Shown: piece after piece, positions 19,665-30,084 of the stretch
How positions within the stretch are numbered: position 1 is the first letter of the stretch
Layout: each line of letters begins with the position of its first letter
From: an uncultured archaeon
GTDB lineage: Archaea > Thermoplasmatota > Penumbrarchaeia > JASLWR01
NCBI GenBank assembly: GCA_964342815.1
Contig: CAYFHS010000011.1
Span: 32,001 to 96,000 of the forward strand
Reading direction: 5' to 3'
Length of the DNA stretch: 64,000 nucleotides
Translations under genes and position numbers: made by a program
The notes under the pieces: model-generated
The model's database searches: none
The model's input: the letters and a program-made list of their open reading frames with translations, nothing else
Told to the model about the DNA's origin: nothing

Positions 19665-22600
19665 CTAATCACCCCCTCCATTTCTCCGGTTTTTTTTCTT
19701 CTCCAACCGGTTTTGCTCGTCACGGATCTTTTTTGAGACCTGCATGATAAATATCACAAGAATTCCGATGGTAATACCGCTTATGACCAGAACATACAAA
19801 AATATATTCGTCCCATCACTTTCGGGTGGAATCTCAACACTTGTCTCTTCGGACAAGGCATCGATATTGTCTGGAAGCGGCGGCCCGGAACTGTCCAATG
19901 CAACAAGGAATTCCATGTCTACGGTGTCACCAGCATTGGCTCCACCCGGCGGGTCCGGTGTGTTTTCCACCACTAGAAAATAGCTGCCGTCGCGAGGTAT
20001 TATCAATATGTAGGACACTTGGCCCACGTTCAGGCGTGATGCGGCTTCAAGGAAGGTATATTCTATTACGTCCGGTGATTTTTCAAATTTATAATTTTGG
20101 AAATTCGAATCGTCGAATAGAAGAACATCCACCTTTCCGCTGGCGACGGTAAGTTCGACATGCACCCGAACGCCCTTTTTGCAGTCGGGTAGCTCCACGT
20201 AACCGTAACTGTTTTCCGCCAGGGTAAAACTACGCTGATGGATTTTTTGCGGGTACGCACCCCAGCTAACGTTTTCGCCGTTTAATCCCTGAAGCTCTGA
20301 GCCACGCTCCACTGTAATTTGATAGGATACAGTTGCATTCACACCGGGCACGGGCATTCCACCGCCCAAGGGTGCCGCGGTATAATCGAAAACCACGGAG
20401 TAGCTTCCGTCCAATGGTATTTTAAAGGAAAACGCGATATTTCCAAGGACGGCAAACCGCGAGGGATCCGAATAAAATTTGTAATAATCGTTTGTCTCCA
20501 AGGCGTTTTCATATTTTAGAAATTCGTTTTTTTCCAGTACCAGCACATCCACAGATGCGTTACCGATCCGGCCGGTTACAGATAAAAGATCATCCGTATT
20601 CAGGTCGTCGAAGGTCTGTGCGTGGTACGTTCCGTATTTCAATGTTAGTCCGTCCACACTTTTTTCAGTAAAGGTTCCCTCATCACCCGGCCATGAACCG
20701 CTTCCATCATCGTCATTCGTTGCAGCCAGAAAAGATCTGATGGGCGTGGAATTTTGATTTCCCGATGAATCCTCCACACGTATTAGATAATAGTATTTTG
20801 CGCCAGGAACCAGCCTGGTGACTGTGACCGAGTGGGATTTGCGGAAACCGTCGGACGATCCTCCGGAGGCAAGTTCATTCTCAGACTCACCAATTTCCAC
20901 AAGACCGGTCGCCAGTTCATCGGTGAGCCAGTGTATCTCAGCCGCCGTTTCGTTTAGCATGTCCGCTCCCGGAAGGATTATCATTGGGGGGTTCGTATCC
21001 ATGGACGCGGTGGTATTGAAGGTGAATATGTCTGAATAATATAAGTCCCCGTCTGCCCCGTCGCGGGAAGCTACCTTGTAGTGGTATGTGGTATTGGCTG
21101 CGAGTCCCGAAAGTATTACCGTATGAGAAGTGTTGGTCCCTTTATCCTCGTTCGTTGCTGTTCCGAGAGTGGCGGAAGTACCAAATTCCACCATGGAAGT
21201 GCCCGGCTTCGTGGTCTGCCAGCCAATTATTGCACCGGAAGCGGTCTGTCCCTTGGTCTTGACTCCGAATATCTGCTGCTCCATCTCAGGTATCTCGATA
21301 CCCGGTATACGGGCGTATTTTTTCTCCGGCACGCTGTAACTTGATATGATCGTGCTCTGTTTGCTTTCGTCTTCTTCGGATAGTACCGCATCGATAATAC
21401 CCGGATCGTAGTCTTTGCCGTCAGCAGCATTTGGGGCCGCTCCTCCACCCAGGGTCCACACGCCCGGTTCATCATCCACATCTCTGAATTTACCCGTACC
21501 GAAACCGTCCTGGCTCCCTACCACTATAACATAACCGTAATCGGCTACGTCGCTGCCTACAAGGGATTTCGAAGCAATTATCTCGATTTTTTTTGTTTCT
21601 TCGTTCCCGCTTGCCTCACACCCGGCCGAAAGCTTTTCTCCGGTTTCTTTTTGTACGAATATAGCGTCGCCGGTTGCGGAAACAGCCACCTCCCATGCGA
21701 AATCCGGAGTAACTTCTGCGTTGGCTCCTGGTAACATTTCGAGATTTCCACTCCCGCTGATCCGATCCTGGTCGATGTATATCTGGATTATCTCGTGACA
21801 GAATCCCTGTCTCATGTGCCATACGTTTGTCATTTCGGCAAATTCCAGCCTGAAAATAAGATCATATTCGGTTGCCGATATCTCGGTGGAAACTATGTCC
21901 CAGAGCCCTTTGTGGGGCGCGAAATCGCTGGCTAGAGGGTAGCTGTAATCGCCGTCACCCGTTTCGTCCCCTAAAGTATCCGGAATAGATAGAAGAACAA
22001 CTTCGGGTGAGATGTCTCTTGGTATTCTTATGGACATGGGCAGTTTCGGCGCTATATCATGCTCCGTCTTAGAGGAAGCGTTTGCCGTAACTACACGAAG
22101 CCGGAACTCGTCGCCGGCGGAAAGACCCAAAGTTTTGAAGGGGACGGCCCATTCGATTGCGTCGTTCAGGGCAACGGTATCACCGGTCAGATCCAGTTTA
22201 TAGACCCAGTTTTCCTTTCCATCGGCCTCGTATACGGCAAACTTCGCTCTTCCATTGCTCAGAACCTCGCCGGGGAGCAGCTTGATTCGCAGTTTTGCCG
22301 GGTAGTTCAGCGGGGCCTTGCCGTATTTCGTTATGTAGTTTGTGGAAAAGATGTTCATGTCTCTGGCGTTTGGCGCTCCCACGTACAGCGAAATATCCGC
22401 GTCCTCGTTCTTCCACATGTATTTCAGGTCATCTTCAGATAGATCGATTCTTACAAATAAATTCCTTGAACTGTAACCCACGTTCATTTCCCTTATGTCC
22501 CATGGTGCATCCACTGCTTCATCGTCCCTGTCGGAAAAACGGTAAGAACCTTCCCACTCGCCGGGTATTGAAAAACCGTCTATACCCGGATCGATGACGT

Positions 22601-25007
22601 CGCTTGCCCGAACCGAAGGAATCTCGGGAGGAAGCCACAGGTTTTTCAGGTACGGGGGAAATTCCTCGCCAAGTGACGTATATACATTCATTAGGTGAAC
22701 CTTGAAAAGCTCGTCCCACAGCTCGTCGTACCCGCTGTCCTGGTCCAGCCCGTACCACCAGAACCAGTCACTCCCTTCGGCGGCGAAAATGCTTTTCCAC
22801 GCGGCGGGGAGCGCAGGGTCCGAGGGATTGTCCCTCTCTCTAGTAACAACAAGTTCCCTTGCGGCGATCAAACGCTCCCATGCTAAACTTTCTTCTTCTT
22901 CACCGGACCACGTGCTCATTGTACCGTCGATCCAGGAGCCCGCACCGTTTGGACAGTCCCGGGCAAGGACGTCTATGGTATCAGTAGCTGGGTTCGGAGG
23001 GTGGTTCTGAATGTGATCCCAGACACCCACAGTGCGGATCCAGTCCGTGTTCTCCAGGCGGCCGTACAGTTCGTCCATGAAGGTCCTGCCGTTGTCACGC
23101 TCCTCAAAGGACATGAACATCCAGTTCTCCCCGTCCAGAGCCACTGTCAGGAGGGAGGAACCGGGATCCGTTAGTGAGTCTCTTACGCCCTTCACGTAAT
23201 CCAGAAAATCGTCCACGGCGGCGGAAGCATCCATCTTTCCGTACTGCCAAGCGATCCTGTCTGAAATTACCCTGTCCCGAAAGATTATTTTTATTTCTTT
23301 TCCATTGTTCTCAACTATGTAGGGTTTGCATAATATATTGTTGTCACTTATCTCGAAGCCGCTCTTTTCCAGCACCATCTCGTCGGATATCATCCATTTT
23401 ATACCTGTGTCCGCAATGGGTTCGATCACATCTTCCGAGACAGACTGTTCCGAAGGCCAGAGACCCACGGGATCTTCTCCAAAATGTTCGTTGTAAATGT
23501 CTTTGGCCATTCCCATGTGTGATACGGTATCCTGGTACCATGCCTCCTTGTAGATGTAACGTCCCTGCTCGTTCGACCATCCCGGCATCATCAAAAGGGG
23601 CATTATGGGATGGGAGTACGGCGAGGTTATGATCTCGGCCTGCCCCGCGTCGCGGGCCTCGGCATATACTCCCAAAAGTTCGTCCAGCATGCTTGTTTGT
23701 TTTGCCAGAATGTAGTCGAGGTCGGTCTGGGTGAATCCACCGAATTTGTCGTAGAGGACCATGATCGTATCGTCCCGCTCATCAATGTCATAGCGACCCT
23801 CAGCGTACCAGGGACTTATCTGGAAGAGGTGATAAAGAACCATAAGATCGAAGAGTTCATTGTCAGGAAGAAGCGTATCGTCCATAATGGTTTCCGGGGT
23901 GAGATTGTGCATGGTTTTGTTATGCAGGTAATGATAGTACCGCGAGGCTTCATTTGGCAGGTTGTACTGCCAGCTTGGCACCCAGAAGAATTCGAACTGC
24001 ATCTCGTGTTTTTCAAGCTCAGTCAAATTCCCAATTCCTTTCAAAAGCCACAGAGTGTTCCGGTCCAGGATGTCGTTGTTGGCGTAATCCTCGATCTGCT
24101 CCATGAGAGAAGGCACGATATTGAAAGTCACCTTTACGCCGGGGTGCTCCATGAGTATTTTCGGGGAATCCAGATATTCCTGTGATCCGTGTACTCTCAC
24201 CCATGGCATTTCATATTTGCCGGTAAGAACGTTCTTGTAATAGGGCTGGTGCTGGTGCCACACTATGGCGAGGTTCAATGCGTCCTCGCGGGGTTCCACC
24301 CCTCCGGTTTTTTCCTTTATCTCAATCGTATCTGGAGATATACCTTCGGTAATTGAAGGAATATGATAATAATGGGTAAATACCTCGCTGCCAGCACCTC
24401 TTGCCGGGTTACCCACTGGGAACGATGCCCAAACGTTTACGGCCTCCTCCCACTGGGCAAAGATCATTATATCGAGACCGGAATCAAGGTCTACTACAGT
24501 CCTGTTTATGGCGATCTCGGTAACGGGATTTCCGCTCCAACCGATATGCGGCGCTGGTGATCCGAAGTTATTATTGTCGCGAATCACGTTCCAGCTGCCT
24601 CCGGAAAACTCCCGTAGATCATAGTAGACGGAGTCATCCACTGCCAGAGCATAATCCGCATCGAAGGGTAGCGAATGAATACCGTCCCAGTCAATGGAGC
24701 TGTAACTGCCCCCCGAACTGGTATTGAGATACACGAATAAATTACCGTCAGTACTCCAGTCGGTACCGTCCCAACCGATGTATAGATTTGCGTCATCCCA
24801 TGTGAGATAAAAGACCTTTGTTGCATCTGTTCCCATACGCTCGTCCGCAGCCCAGTCGCCAAGGTCCCCGTCAGGTGTAATTGAATTATAAGAGTCCGCG
24901 TGGGCCGACGGGTTCATATTTGCAAGGAATGGCATAACCAGTGATATCACAATAATAATCAAAACATATCCGGAGATATTTTTCCGTCCTTCATTTCCCA
25001 GCTTCAT
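19665..25007 (-). CDS. apu: Membrane-anchored GH57 amylopullulanase with glucodextranase/DOMON-like and FN3-like domains
   Basis: GH57 motifs WHQHQP, SPYSHPIMP, GLWPSEQ (nucleophile), LDGENW (acid/base), AEGSDWFWWY; D.LGDETGDGDYSYP glucodextranase-C-like module; signal peptide and C-terminal TM. Confidence 0.9.
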   Translation of the reverse strand: MKLGNEGRKNISGYVLIIIVISLVMPFLANMNPSAHADSYNSITPDGDLGDWAADERMGTDATKVFYLTWDDANLYIGWDGTDWSTDGNLFVYLNTSSGGSYSSIDWDGIHSLPFDADYALAVDDSVYYDLREFSGGSWNVIRDNNNFGSPAPHIGWSGNPVTEIAINRTVVDLDSGLDIMIFAQWEEAVNVWASFPVGNPARGAGSEVFTHYYHIPSITEGISPDTIEIKEKTGGVEPREDALNLAIVWHQHQPYYKNVLTGKYEMPWVRVHGSQEYLDSPKILMEHPGVKVTFNIVPSLMEQIEDYANNDILDRNTLWLLKGIGNLTELEKHEMQFEFFWVPSWQYNLPNEASRYYHYLHNKTMHNLTPETIMDDTLLPDNELFDLMVLYHLFQISPWYAEGRYDIDERDDTIMVLYDKFGGFTQTDLDYILAKQTSMLDELLGVYAEARDAGQAEIITSPYSHPIMPLLMMPGWSNEQGRYIYKEAWYQDTVSHMGMAKDIYNEHFGEDPVGLWPSEQSVSEDVIEPIADTGIKWMISDEMVLEKSGFEISDNNILCKPYIVENNGKEIKIIFRDRVISDRIAWQYGKMDASAAVDDFLDYVKGVRDSLTDPGSSLLTVALDGENWMFMSFEERDNGRTFMDELYGRLENTDWIRTVGVWDHIQNHPPNPATDTIDVLARDCPNGAGSWIDGTMSTWSGEEEESLAWERLIAARELVVTRERDNPSDPALPAAWKSIFAAEGSDWFWWYGLDQDSGYDELWDELFKVHLMNVYTSLGEEFPPYLKNLWLPPEIPSVRASDVIDPGIDGFSIPGEWEGSYRFSDRDDEAVDAPWDIREMNVGYSSRNLFVRIDLSEDDLKYMWKNEDADISLYVGAPNARDMNIFSTNYITKYGKAPLNYPAKLRIKLLPGEVLSNGRAKFAVYEADGKENWVYKLDLTGDTVALNDAIEWAVPFKTLGLSAGDEFRLRVVTANASSKTEHDIAPKLPMSIRIPRDISPEVVLLSIPDTLGDETGDGDYSYPLASDFAPHKGLWDIVSTEISATEYDLIFRLEFAEMTNVWHMRQGFCHEIIQIYIDQDRISGSGNLEMLPGANAEVTPDFAWEVAVSATGDAIFVQKETGEKLSAGCEASGNEETKKIEIIASKSLVGSDVADYGYVIVVGSQDGFGTGKFRDVDDEPGVWTLGGGAAPNAADGKDYDPGIIDAVLSEEDESKQSTIISSYSVPEKKYARIPGIEIPEMEQQIFGVKTKGQTASGAIIGWQTTKPGTSMVEFGTSATLGTATNEDKGTNTSHTVILSGLAANTTYHYKVASRDGADGDLYYSDIFTFNTTASMDTNPPMIILPGADMLNETAAEIHWLTDELATGLVEIGESENELASGGSSDGFRKSHSVTVTRLVPGAKYYYLIRVEDSSGNQNSTPIRSFLAATNDDDGSGSWPGDEGTFTEKSVDGLTLKYGTYHAQTFDDLNTDDLLSVTGRIGNASVDVLVLEKNEFLKYENALETNDYYKFYSDPSRFAVLGNIAFSFKIPLDGSYSVVFDYTAAPLGGGMPVPGVNATVSYQITVERGSELQGLNGENVSWGAYPQKIHQRSFTLAENSYGYVELPDCKKGVRVHVELTVASGKVDVLLFDDSNFQNYKFEKSPDVIEYTFLEAASRLNVGQVSYILIIPRDGSYFLVVENTPDPPGGANAGDTVDMEFLVALDSSGPPLPDNIDALSEETSVEIPPESDGTNIFLYVLVISGITIGILVIFIMQVSKKIRDEQNRLEKKKNRRNGGGD

Positions 25008-28000
25008 CTATTTCGTCCCCCTTTTTCTCAAGGTGTTTTTTCCGGTTTCTGTATCTCTCCACCATGACCTCCATGGCGACACCCACGGCAATGATCACCA
25101 GCATGGGCACAACGAAAAAGAATGTGACGTTGAAACATATCTTTCCCCTGACTGACGATTTCCTTCCCTGGTCGGTGGTAGTATCGTCATCATCATCTGT
25201 ATCGTCATCATCATCCGCATCATCATCTGCATCATCATTATCATCGTCATCTACCATCCCGCTGGAATCGTCGTTATCATCATCGTCCTCCGAGCCGTCA
25301 TTTCCACCTTCCCATGTATTGTTCACTTGGAGAACGAGAAAGACCGGAAGAGAAAAATTTAGCCCGTCAAAGGCTCTGAAACGAATATTCAATGGTCCAT
25401 CCGGGTATCCCCCTGTATTGAAAGTGTATTTCCATGTTCTCAGGTCATCATTCGAATTGATTTCCCCGGTGATATTAGACCAATTTTCATTATTAATTTT
25501 TATTTCCATCGATAGAATAGATCGATTATCGGCAGCAGTACTCCCTTCAATTATAAAATTTCCTTTTACTTCGCTGTTGTTGGCTGGAGAGCTTATGTTG
25601 AGCATTGGGCGATCCCCGGAGATAATGGTATCATTGCTGCCCTGAGATGGTTTTTTGATAGTAAAATTCCACACGCCGCTGGCGCAGGTTCCCCTGTTAA
25701 TACCATCGAAGGGGATCACGGTCCAGTAGTATTTTATATCGTACGAGAGATTCTGCTCTTTCGTTATGGTGAAATTCCTGCTGGTGACGTTTTCGGCCAA
25801 AATTGCATTGGGAGGGTAGGATGTGTCCAGCAATATTCTGTACTCCAGGGTATCGTCGTCGTTGTCCAAACCGTTCCATTTCAGCTCGTCCGGGATTTTT
25901 TCGATGACCGCGCCCGGTCCAGGGCTTGCGAGAGTAACTATTGGCGGCGAGTTTTCCATGGCAACATCGATCTTCGAGATGTGGACAGTTATGGTAAACT
26001 CGCTCTTTTGTGCTTCTATTTCCAGATATTTGCAGGCGATATTGGAGCCAGTTCCAGATAATTCAATTGAATCGGATAGACCCACTGCACCAACCACCCC
26101 GCCGTTGTCCCAACCAAAGTAATCGCCACCGGGACTGCCGATCTCAGATATTTCGCCGGTCCCTTCTTCGAGAATGGCGGCAAGATCGGGGGAGAATGAG
26201 AAGCGAATCCCCAAACCACCCTCTATTCCCCGGGTCAGCGAATAATGCGCGATTATTTTATTTCCGTTCAATCTCATGGTCTTTGATATGCCTTCATACG
26301 AGAATGTCACGGTCCCCGCTTCAGCATCAGTATGGGACTGGTAAATGTCGTTCTCGCTCCCCATGTCGCTGAATGAAAAGGTCTTGCTGCCTTCGAGGTA
26401 TTCTTCTCCCGGGGTTTCGGCAGCACCCATATTATCGCCGTTGTAATGACTGTTTGTTGTGGTAGACGTGACGGCATCGGTCATAGCATCCCCCTCGTCT
26501 AGCCAGCCCGTAGGTGTATTTCCCACTATCTGATGGCCAAGAGAGTCGAAGGCATAGGCGAGCTTGCCGCCCCTCTCCTCAAAAACTGTATAAATAAATT
26601 CATTTGATATTATATATTCATTTGCCCCGTCCAGATCCACGTCTACGACAGAAATTTCGGTACTCTTGGAAGTGGATTCAAACCACTCATTGGCGTAATA
26701 ATAAACGGCGGCGCATCGGACATGGGCCGCCTGCTCTTTCTGCCAGTATGGTATATAAATGTCGGGCCATTCACCCTCAAACCACGCCGTCTCGTACAGG
26801 CCGTTACAGAATGTCTTCATGGCCAGTTCATACAGAGGACTTTCGTTCTGGATATGTGAAATCAGGGCCCATGTATCCCCAAGAATGGTTCCGGGAGTGG
26901 AGTGGTCGCCCATCTTCATGGTGCAGTCCTTCGGAATGAAATCATAATAGGAATCGTGAGTGATCTCGTTTTCCGGGTCATAATACCAGGCATCATACAT
27001 GTTGCCGGAGTTGTCTTTATGGTTAAGGCTACCGGTCTTTCCCGAGAGCCAGAAATAGCTGCAGTCATCCACGTCGACGGTGCCTTCCGGGGTCCAATCC
27101 AGAAAATTTTCCATAGGCTGGGCCGAGATCCAGGGATGTGTGGCGATCCATGCAATTGTGTTCTCGTAGCGGTCCACAGATTCGGCACCGCCCCACAGAG
27201 GTATGTTGCCGCAGGTCTTTTCCCAGTCGTCCATGTACAGTGAATACTGTTCCTGGTCGGGACTTTGTGCAAGGGTAATAAAACTCTCCCGAAGGCCGAA
27301 AGCAAGTCCACCATCGTGATTGTTGTGAAACTGTTCCTGGACGTTTCCGGGGGCGCTTCCCCTTCCCCTGTTGCTGATGAAAAGAAGTTTCAGGCCGTTA
27401 TCTTCCTCGTAGAGCTTGTGCTCGTTTACATATCCTTCGGGTTCCCCATACCAGATAAAGCCGTCCTCCGTGTCAACCATCACGGCCTCATAGCCGCCTT
27501 TTTTGACCAGGGTCTCGTAGCCGTCCCAGAAAACCCTTTCCGGCATCCAGCAGAACGGTAACGCAGAGTCGTTGTAATAATATTCTATCATGTCTCTTGC
27601 GTAATCCATACTCCATAGGTTCACGGATTCCGGCAGGTACTGGGGTATGTACTCGTCATAGAATCCGCCCACCATATGAACGATATCGTCGTCCACCAAC
27701 GACCGTAGAAAATCGTTGAAACCGGGGTCGAACCACTGGGCACCCTCGGCAAGGGTTCCTGACACATGAAGATTCACAGGTACGCCCCATTTCTCGTGTA
27801 TCTCAGGGACTCGTACAAAACCGAGACCCGAGGAATCCCTTATGAAATCCTTTACGTTCTTCAGGAACTGATTTCCGTGGTGGAAAATGCCGAGTTTTGC
27901 CGTTCCCCTGGTACCGGGATTTTCCCTTGATACAGTACCATTGATGTAACCGTCCTCCCACGGCAGACAATCAGGTACGGCATCGACGACGTCTGCCTTA

Positions 28001-28719
28001 TCGGCGATCTCGCCTGCGCCGCCATTGGTGCCGTCCTTGGTGGTAAAGAATTGAAAATTTATCTCCGCTGGATGAATATATCCGTTGTCTGCAAGTGCGG
28101 ACATGTCCAGAGCGAACTCCACGGAATCATACTGGCTGTGATATTTGGCATCTAAGAAGGTGGAATTGTGCGTGGACCAGTCCGGATAGTAGACGGCATA
28201 ATGCGAAGCGTCGTACAGGGCTACCGCAAGCTCCCAGGGGCTGTCTGTCCTGCACTCGATATAATCGGGGAGCCATTCCTGGCCTCCCGGGGCGAAATCC
28301 AGTAATATATAAATGTCGAGATATGCGGCCTCGGCTTCGTATTCGAGGTCCAGAAGGTCCGCTCTCAGGTAGAGCGTTTCGGTGTTTGCTCTTGCGTAGC
28401 ACGCTAGCAGATCGCGGCTGTTGTCCTTGCCGTCTTCGAGGTTGTAGCGGTCTGTTAGGGAAGGGTCCAGTGAGATGAGATCGTCGTAGGTCCAGTCGCG
28501 GAAATCGCCATCGATGGAAATGTTATTACCGTTTCTATGTATGTCACCTGAATCATCCATTTCAGACGGCGGCATATCGGATGCGGATGTGTAGAAAATA
28601 TTCGGGCGGACGAAGGATGCAGGGCTGCTTCGGTCCGGGGCCGAAATACCCAATGTTCCAACCAGGAGAAACAGGATCACCCCAACGGCAAAGAAACGGA
28701 TGAAACAATTTCCGGTCAA
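24991..28719 (-). CDS. Secreted, membrane-anchored GH57 alpha-amylase / 4-alpha-glucanotransferase-like protein
   Basis: FHHGNQ, NLHVSGTL, WMPERVF (nucleophile), DDWEKTCG (acid/base), DVDLDGANEYIISN…RGGKL (DUF1926-like), Ig-like domains, DDDD linker, TM. TTG start overlaps the malK stop (TTGA). Confidence 0.78.
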   Translation of the reverse strand: MTGNCFIRFFAVGVILFLLVGTLGISAPDRSSPASFVRPNIFYTSASDMPPSEMDDSGDIHRNGNNISIDGDFRDWTYDDLISLDPSLTDRYNLEDGKDNSRDLLACYARANTETLYLRADLLDLEYEAEAAYLDIYILLDFAPGGQEWLPDYIECRTDSPWELAVALYDASHYAVYYPDWSTHNSTFLDAKYHSQYDSVEFALDMSALADNGYIHPAEINFQFFTTKDGTNGGAGEIADKADVVDAVPDCLPWEDGYINGTVSRENPGTRGTAKLGIFHHGNQFLKNVKDFIRDSSGLGFVRVPEIHEKWGVPVNLHVSGTLAEGAQWFDPGFNDFLRSLVDDDIVHMVGGFYDEYIPQYLPESVNLWSMDYARDMIEYYYNDSALPFCWMPERVFWDGYETLVKKGGYEAVMVDTEDGFIWYGEPEGYVNEHKLYEEDNGLKLLFISNRGRGSAPGNVQEQFHNNHDGGLAFGLRESFITLAQSPDQEQYSLYMDDWEKTCGNIPLWGGAESVDRYENTIAWIATHPWISAQPMENFLDWTPEGTVDVDDCSYFWLSGKTGSLNHKDNSGNMYDAWYYDPENEITHDSYYDFIPKDCTMKMGDHSTPGTILGDTWALISHIQNESPLYELAMKTFCNGLYETAWFEGEWPDIYIPYWQKEQAAHVRCAAVYYYANEWFESTSKSTEISVVDVDLDGANEYIISNEFIYTVFEERGGKLAYAFDSLGHQIVGNTPTGWLDEGDAMTDAVTSTTTNSHYNGDNMGAAETPGEEYLEGSKTFSFSDMGSENDIYQSHTDAEAGTVTFSYEGISKTMRLNGNKIIAHYSLTRGIEGGLGIRFSFSPDLAAILEEGTGEISEIGSPGGDYFGWDNGGVVGAVGLSDSIELSGTGSNIACKYLEIEAQKSEFTITVHISKIDVAMENSPPIVTLASPGPGAVIEKIPDELKWNGLDNDDDTLEYRILLDTSYPPNAILAENVTSRNFTITKEQNLSYDIKYYWTVIPFDGINRGTCASGVWNFTIKKPSQGSNDTIISGDRPMLNISSPANNSEVKGNFIIEGSTAADNRSILSMEIKINNENWSNITGEINSNDDLRTWKYTFNTGGYPDGPLNIRFRAFDGLNFSLPVFLVLQVNNTWEGGNDGSEDDDDNDDSSGMVDDDDNDDADDDADDDDDTDDDDDTTTDQGRKSSVRGKICFNVTFFFVVPMLVIIAVGVAMEVMVERYRNRKKHLEKKGDEIDEAGK

Positions 28720-29843
28720 TACACTGCCCTCCCTTTGTTGTCGAACACATGCCCTTTCTTGCTGGCCAGTTTTATTTGGCACGTATCTCCTATGGCAAAA
28801 CCAAGGTCGGCATTCACCTCGGCGCATATTTCGGTATCTCCCGTGCGGATAAAAATATAATCTTTGCTGCCCAGGGCTTCCAGCCCGAAAACGGTTCCGG
28901 GTATATTTCCTTCTGGAGATTCGCCTGTTTCAGGAACTGCAATAACGTTTTCGGGACGTATTCCGTAACTTGCGTCGGTGGAGCTGAGTTTTGCCTCGTA
29001 AACCGCCTTGGCAACATTCAGGGGCAGATCGAATTTTTGTTGTTCAAACTCGAAAAAATATCCTTGTGAGTGCGGGGTCAGGCTACCGTGAATGATGTTC
29101 ATTGCCGGGCTGCCTATAAAGGTGGCAACGAATGAATCCGCCGGTTTATTGTATGTGCTAAGCGGCGGCGCGTACTGTTTGAGTAAACCTTTATCGATGA
29201 TGGCGATCTTGTCCGCAAGGGTCATGGCTTCCATCTGGTCGTGTGTAACATAGATTATCGTGGCGCCCAGCTTTTTGTGAAGCCTTTTCAACTCCTGTCT
29301 CATTTTGGTGCGCAGCTTTGCGTCGAGGTTGGAGAGAGGTTCGTCCATGAGGAAAACGGTGGGATTCCGCACGAGAGAGCGCCCGAGAGCCACCCGCTGC
29401 CTCTGTCCGCCGCTGAGCTGTTTCGGCTTTTTTTGTAACTGGTCGCTTATTCCAAGCAGTTCGGCGGCATCGTTCACGCGTTTTTCGATCTCACGCTTTG
29501 GGTAGCGTTTTTTCCGCTTTCCCTCGACGAAATATCCTGCTCTGAGGGCGAAGGCCATGTTGTCGAATACTGTCATATGCGGGTACAAAGCATAGCTCTG
29601 GAAGACCATTGCGATGTTGCGGTCTCGCGGTTCGAGATCGGTAACGTCTCGGCCGTCGATATATATTCTACCCTTGGTGGGAGTCTCCAGTCCCGCCACC
29701 ATCCGCAGGGTAGTGGATTTCCCGCAGCCCGAGGGACCCACCAGAACCACGAAACTGCCGTCCTCGATAACCAGATCAACGTCGTTAACCGCGTGAAATT
29801 TACCGTAGCTCTTTGTAACGTGTTCCAGTACAACTTTGGCCAT
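28716..29843 (-). CDS. malK: Sugar ABC transporter ATP-binding protein
   Basis: Walker A GPSGCGKS, signature LSGGQRQR, Walker B FLMDEP, YVTHDQ. Start at ATG 29843 (MAKVVL). Confidence 0.93.
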   Translation of the reverse strand: MAKVVLEHVTKSYGKFHAVNDVDLVIEDGSFVVLVGPSGCGKSTTLRMVAGLETPTKGRIYIDGRDVTDLEPRDRNIAMVFQSYALYPHMTVFDNMAFALRAGYFVEGKRKKRYPKREIEKRVNDAAELLGISDQLQKKPKQLSGGQRQRVALGRSLVRNPTVFLMDEPLSNLDAKLRTKMRQELKRLHKKLGATIIYVTHDQMEAMTLADKIAIIDKGLLKQYAPPLSTYNKPADSFVATFIGSPAMNIIHGSLTPHSQGYFFEFEQQKFDLPLNVAKAVYEAKLSSTDASYGIRPENVIAVPETGESPEGNIPGTVFGLEALGSKDYIFIRTGDTEICAEVNADLGFAIGDTCQIKLASKKGHVFDNKGRAVY

Positions 29844-30084
29844 ATGATCACACCTGCCGAAGGGACGAATCCCGAGTGTAAACGCGCAGTAATATAAAAT
29901 AATTGTCATGGGGCGGTGTTGGATAAGTTGGGAAAAACACTATTCAAGATTAGTAAATATTTTCTGACGATAGCAACGTTCCAAAATACATTGTGACACT
30001 AATATCAATGAAAAGGATTAATACATTTTCTCAATCAATCTAATTATGTATTAGATCGATAATTTTCAGAGATCATCATTGAAT

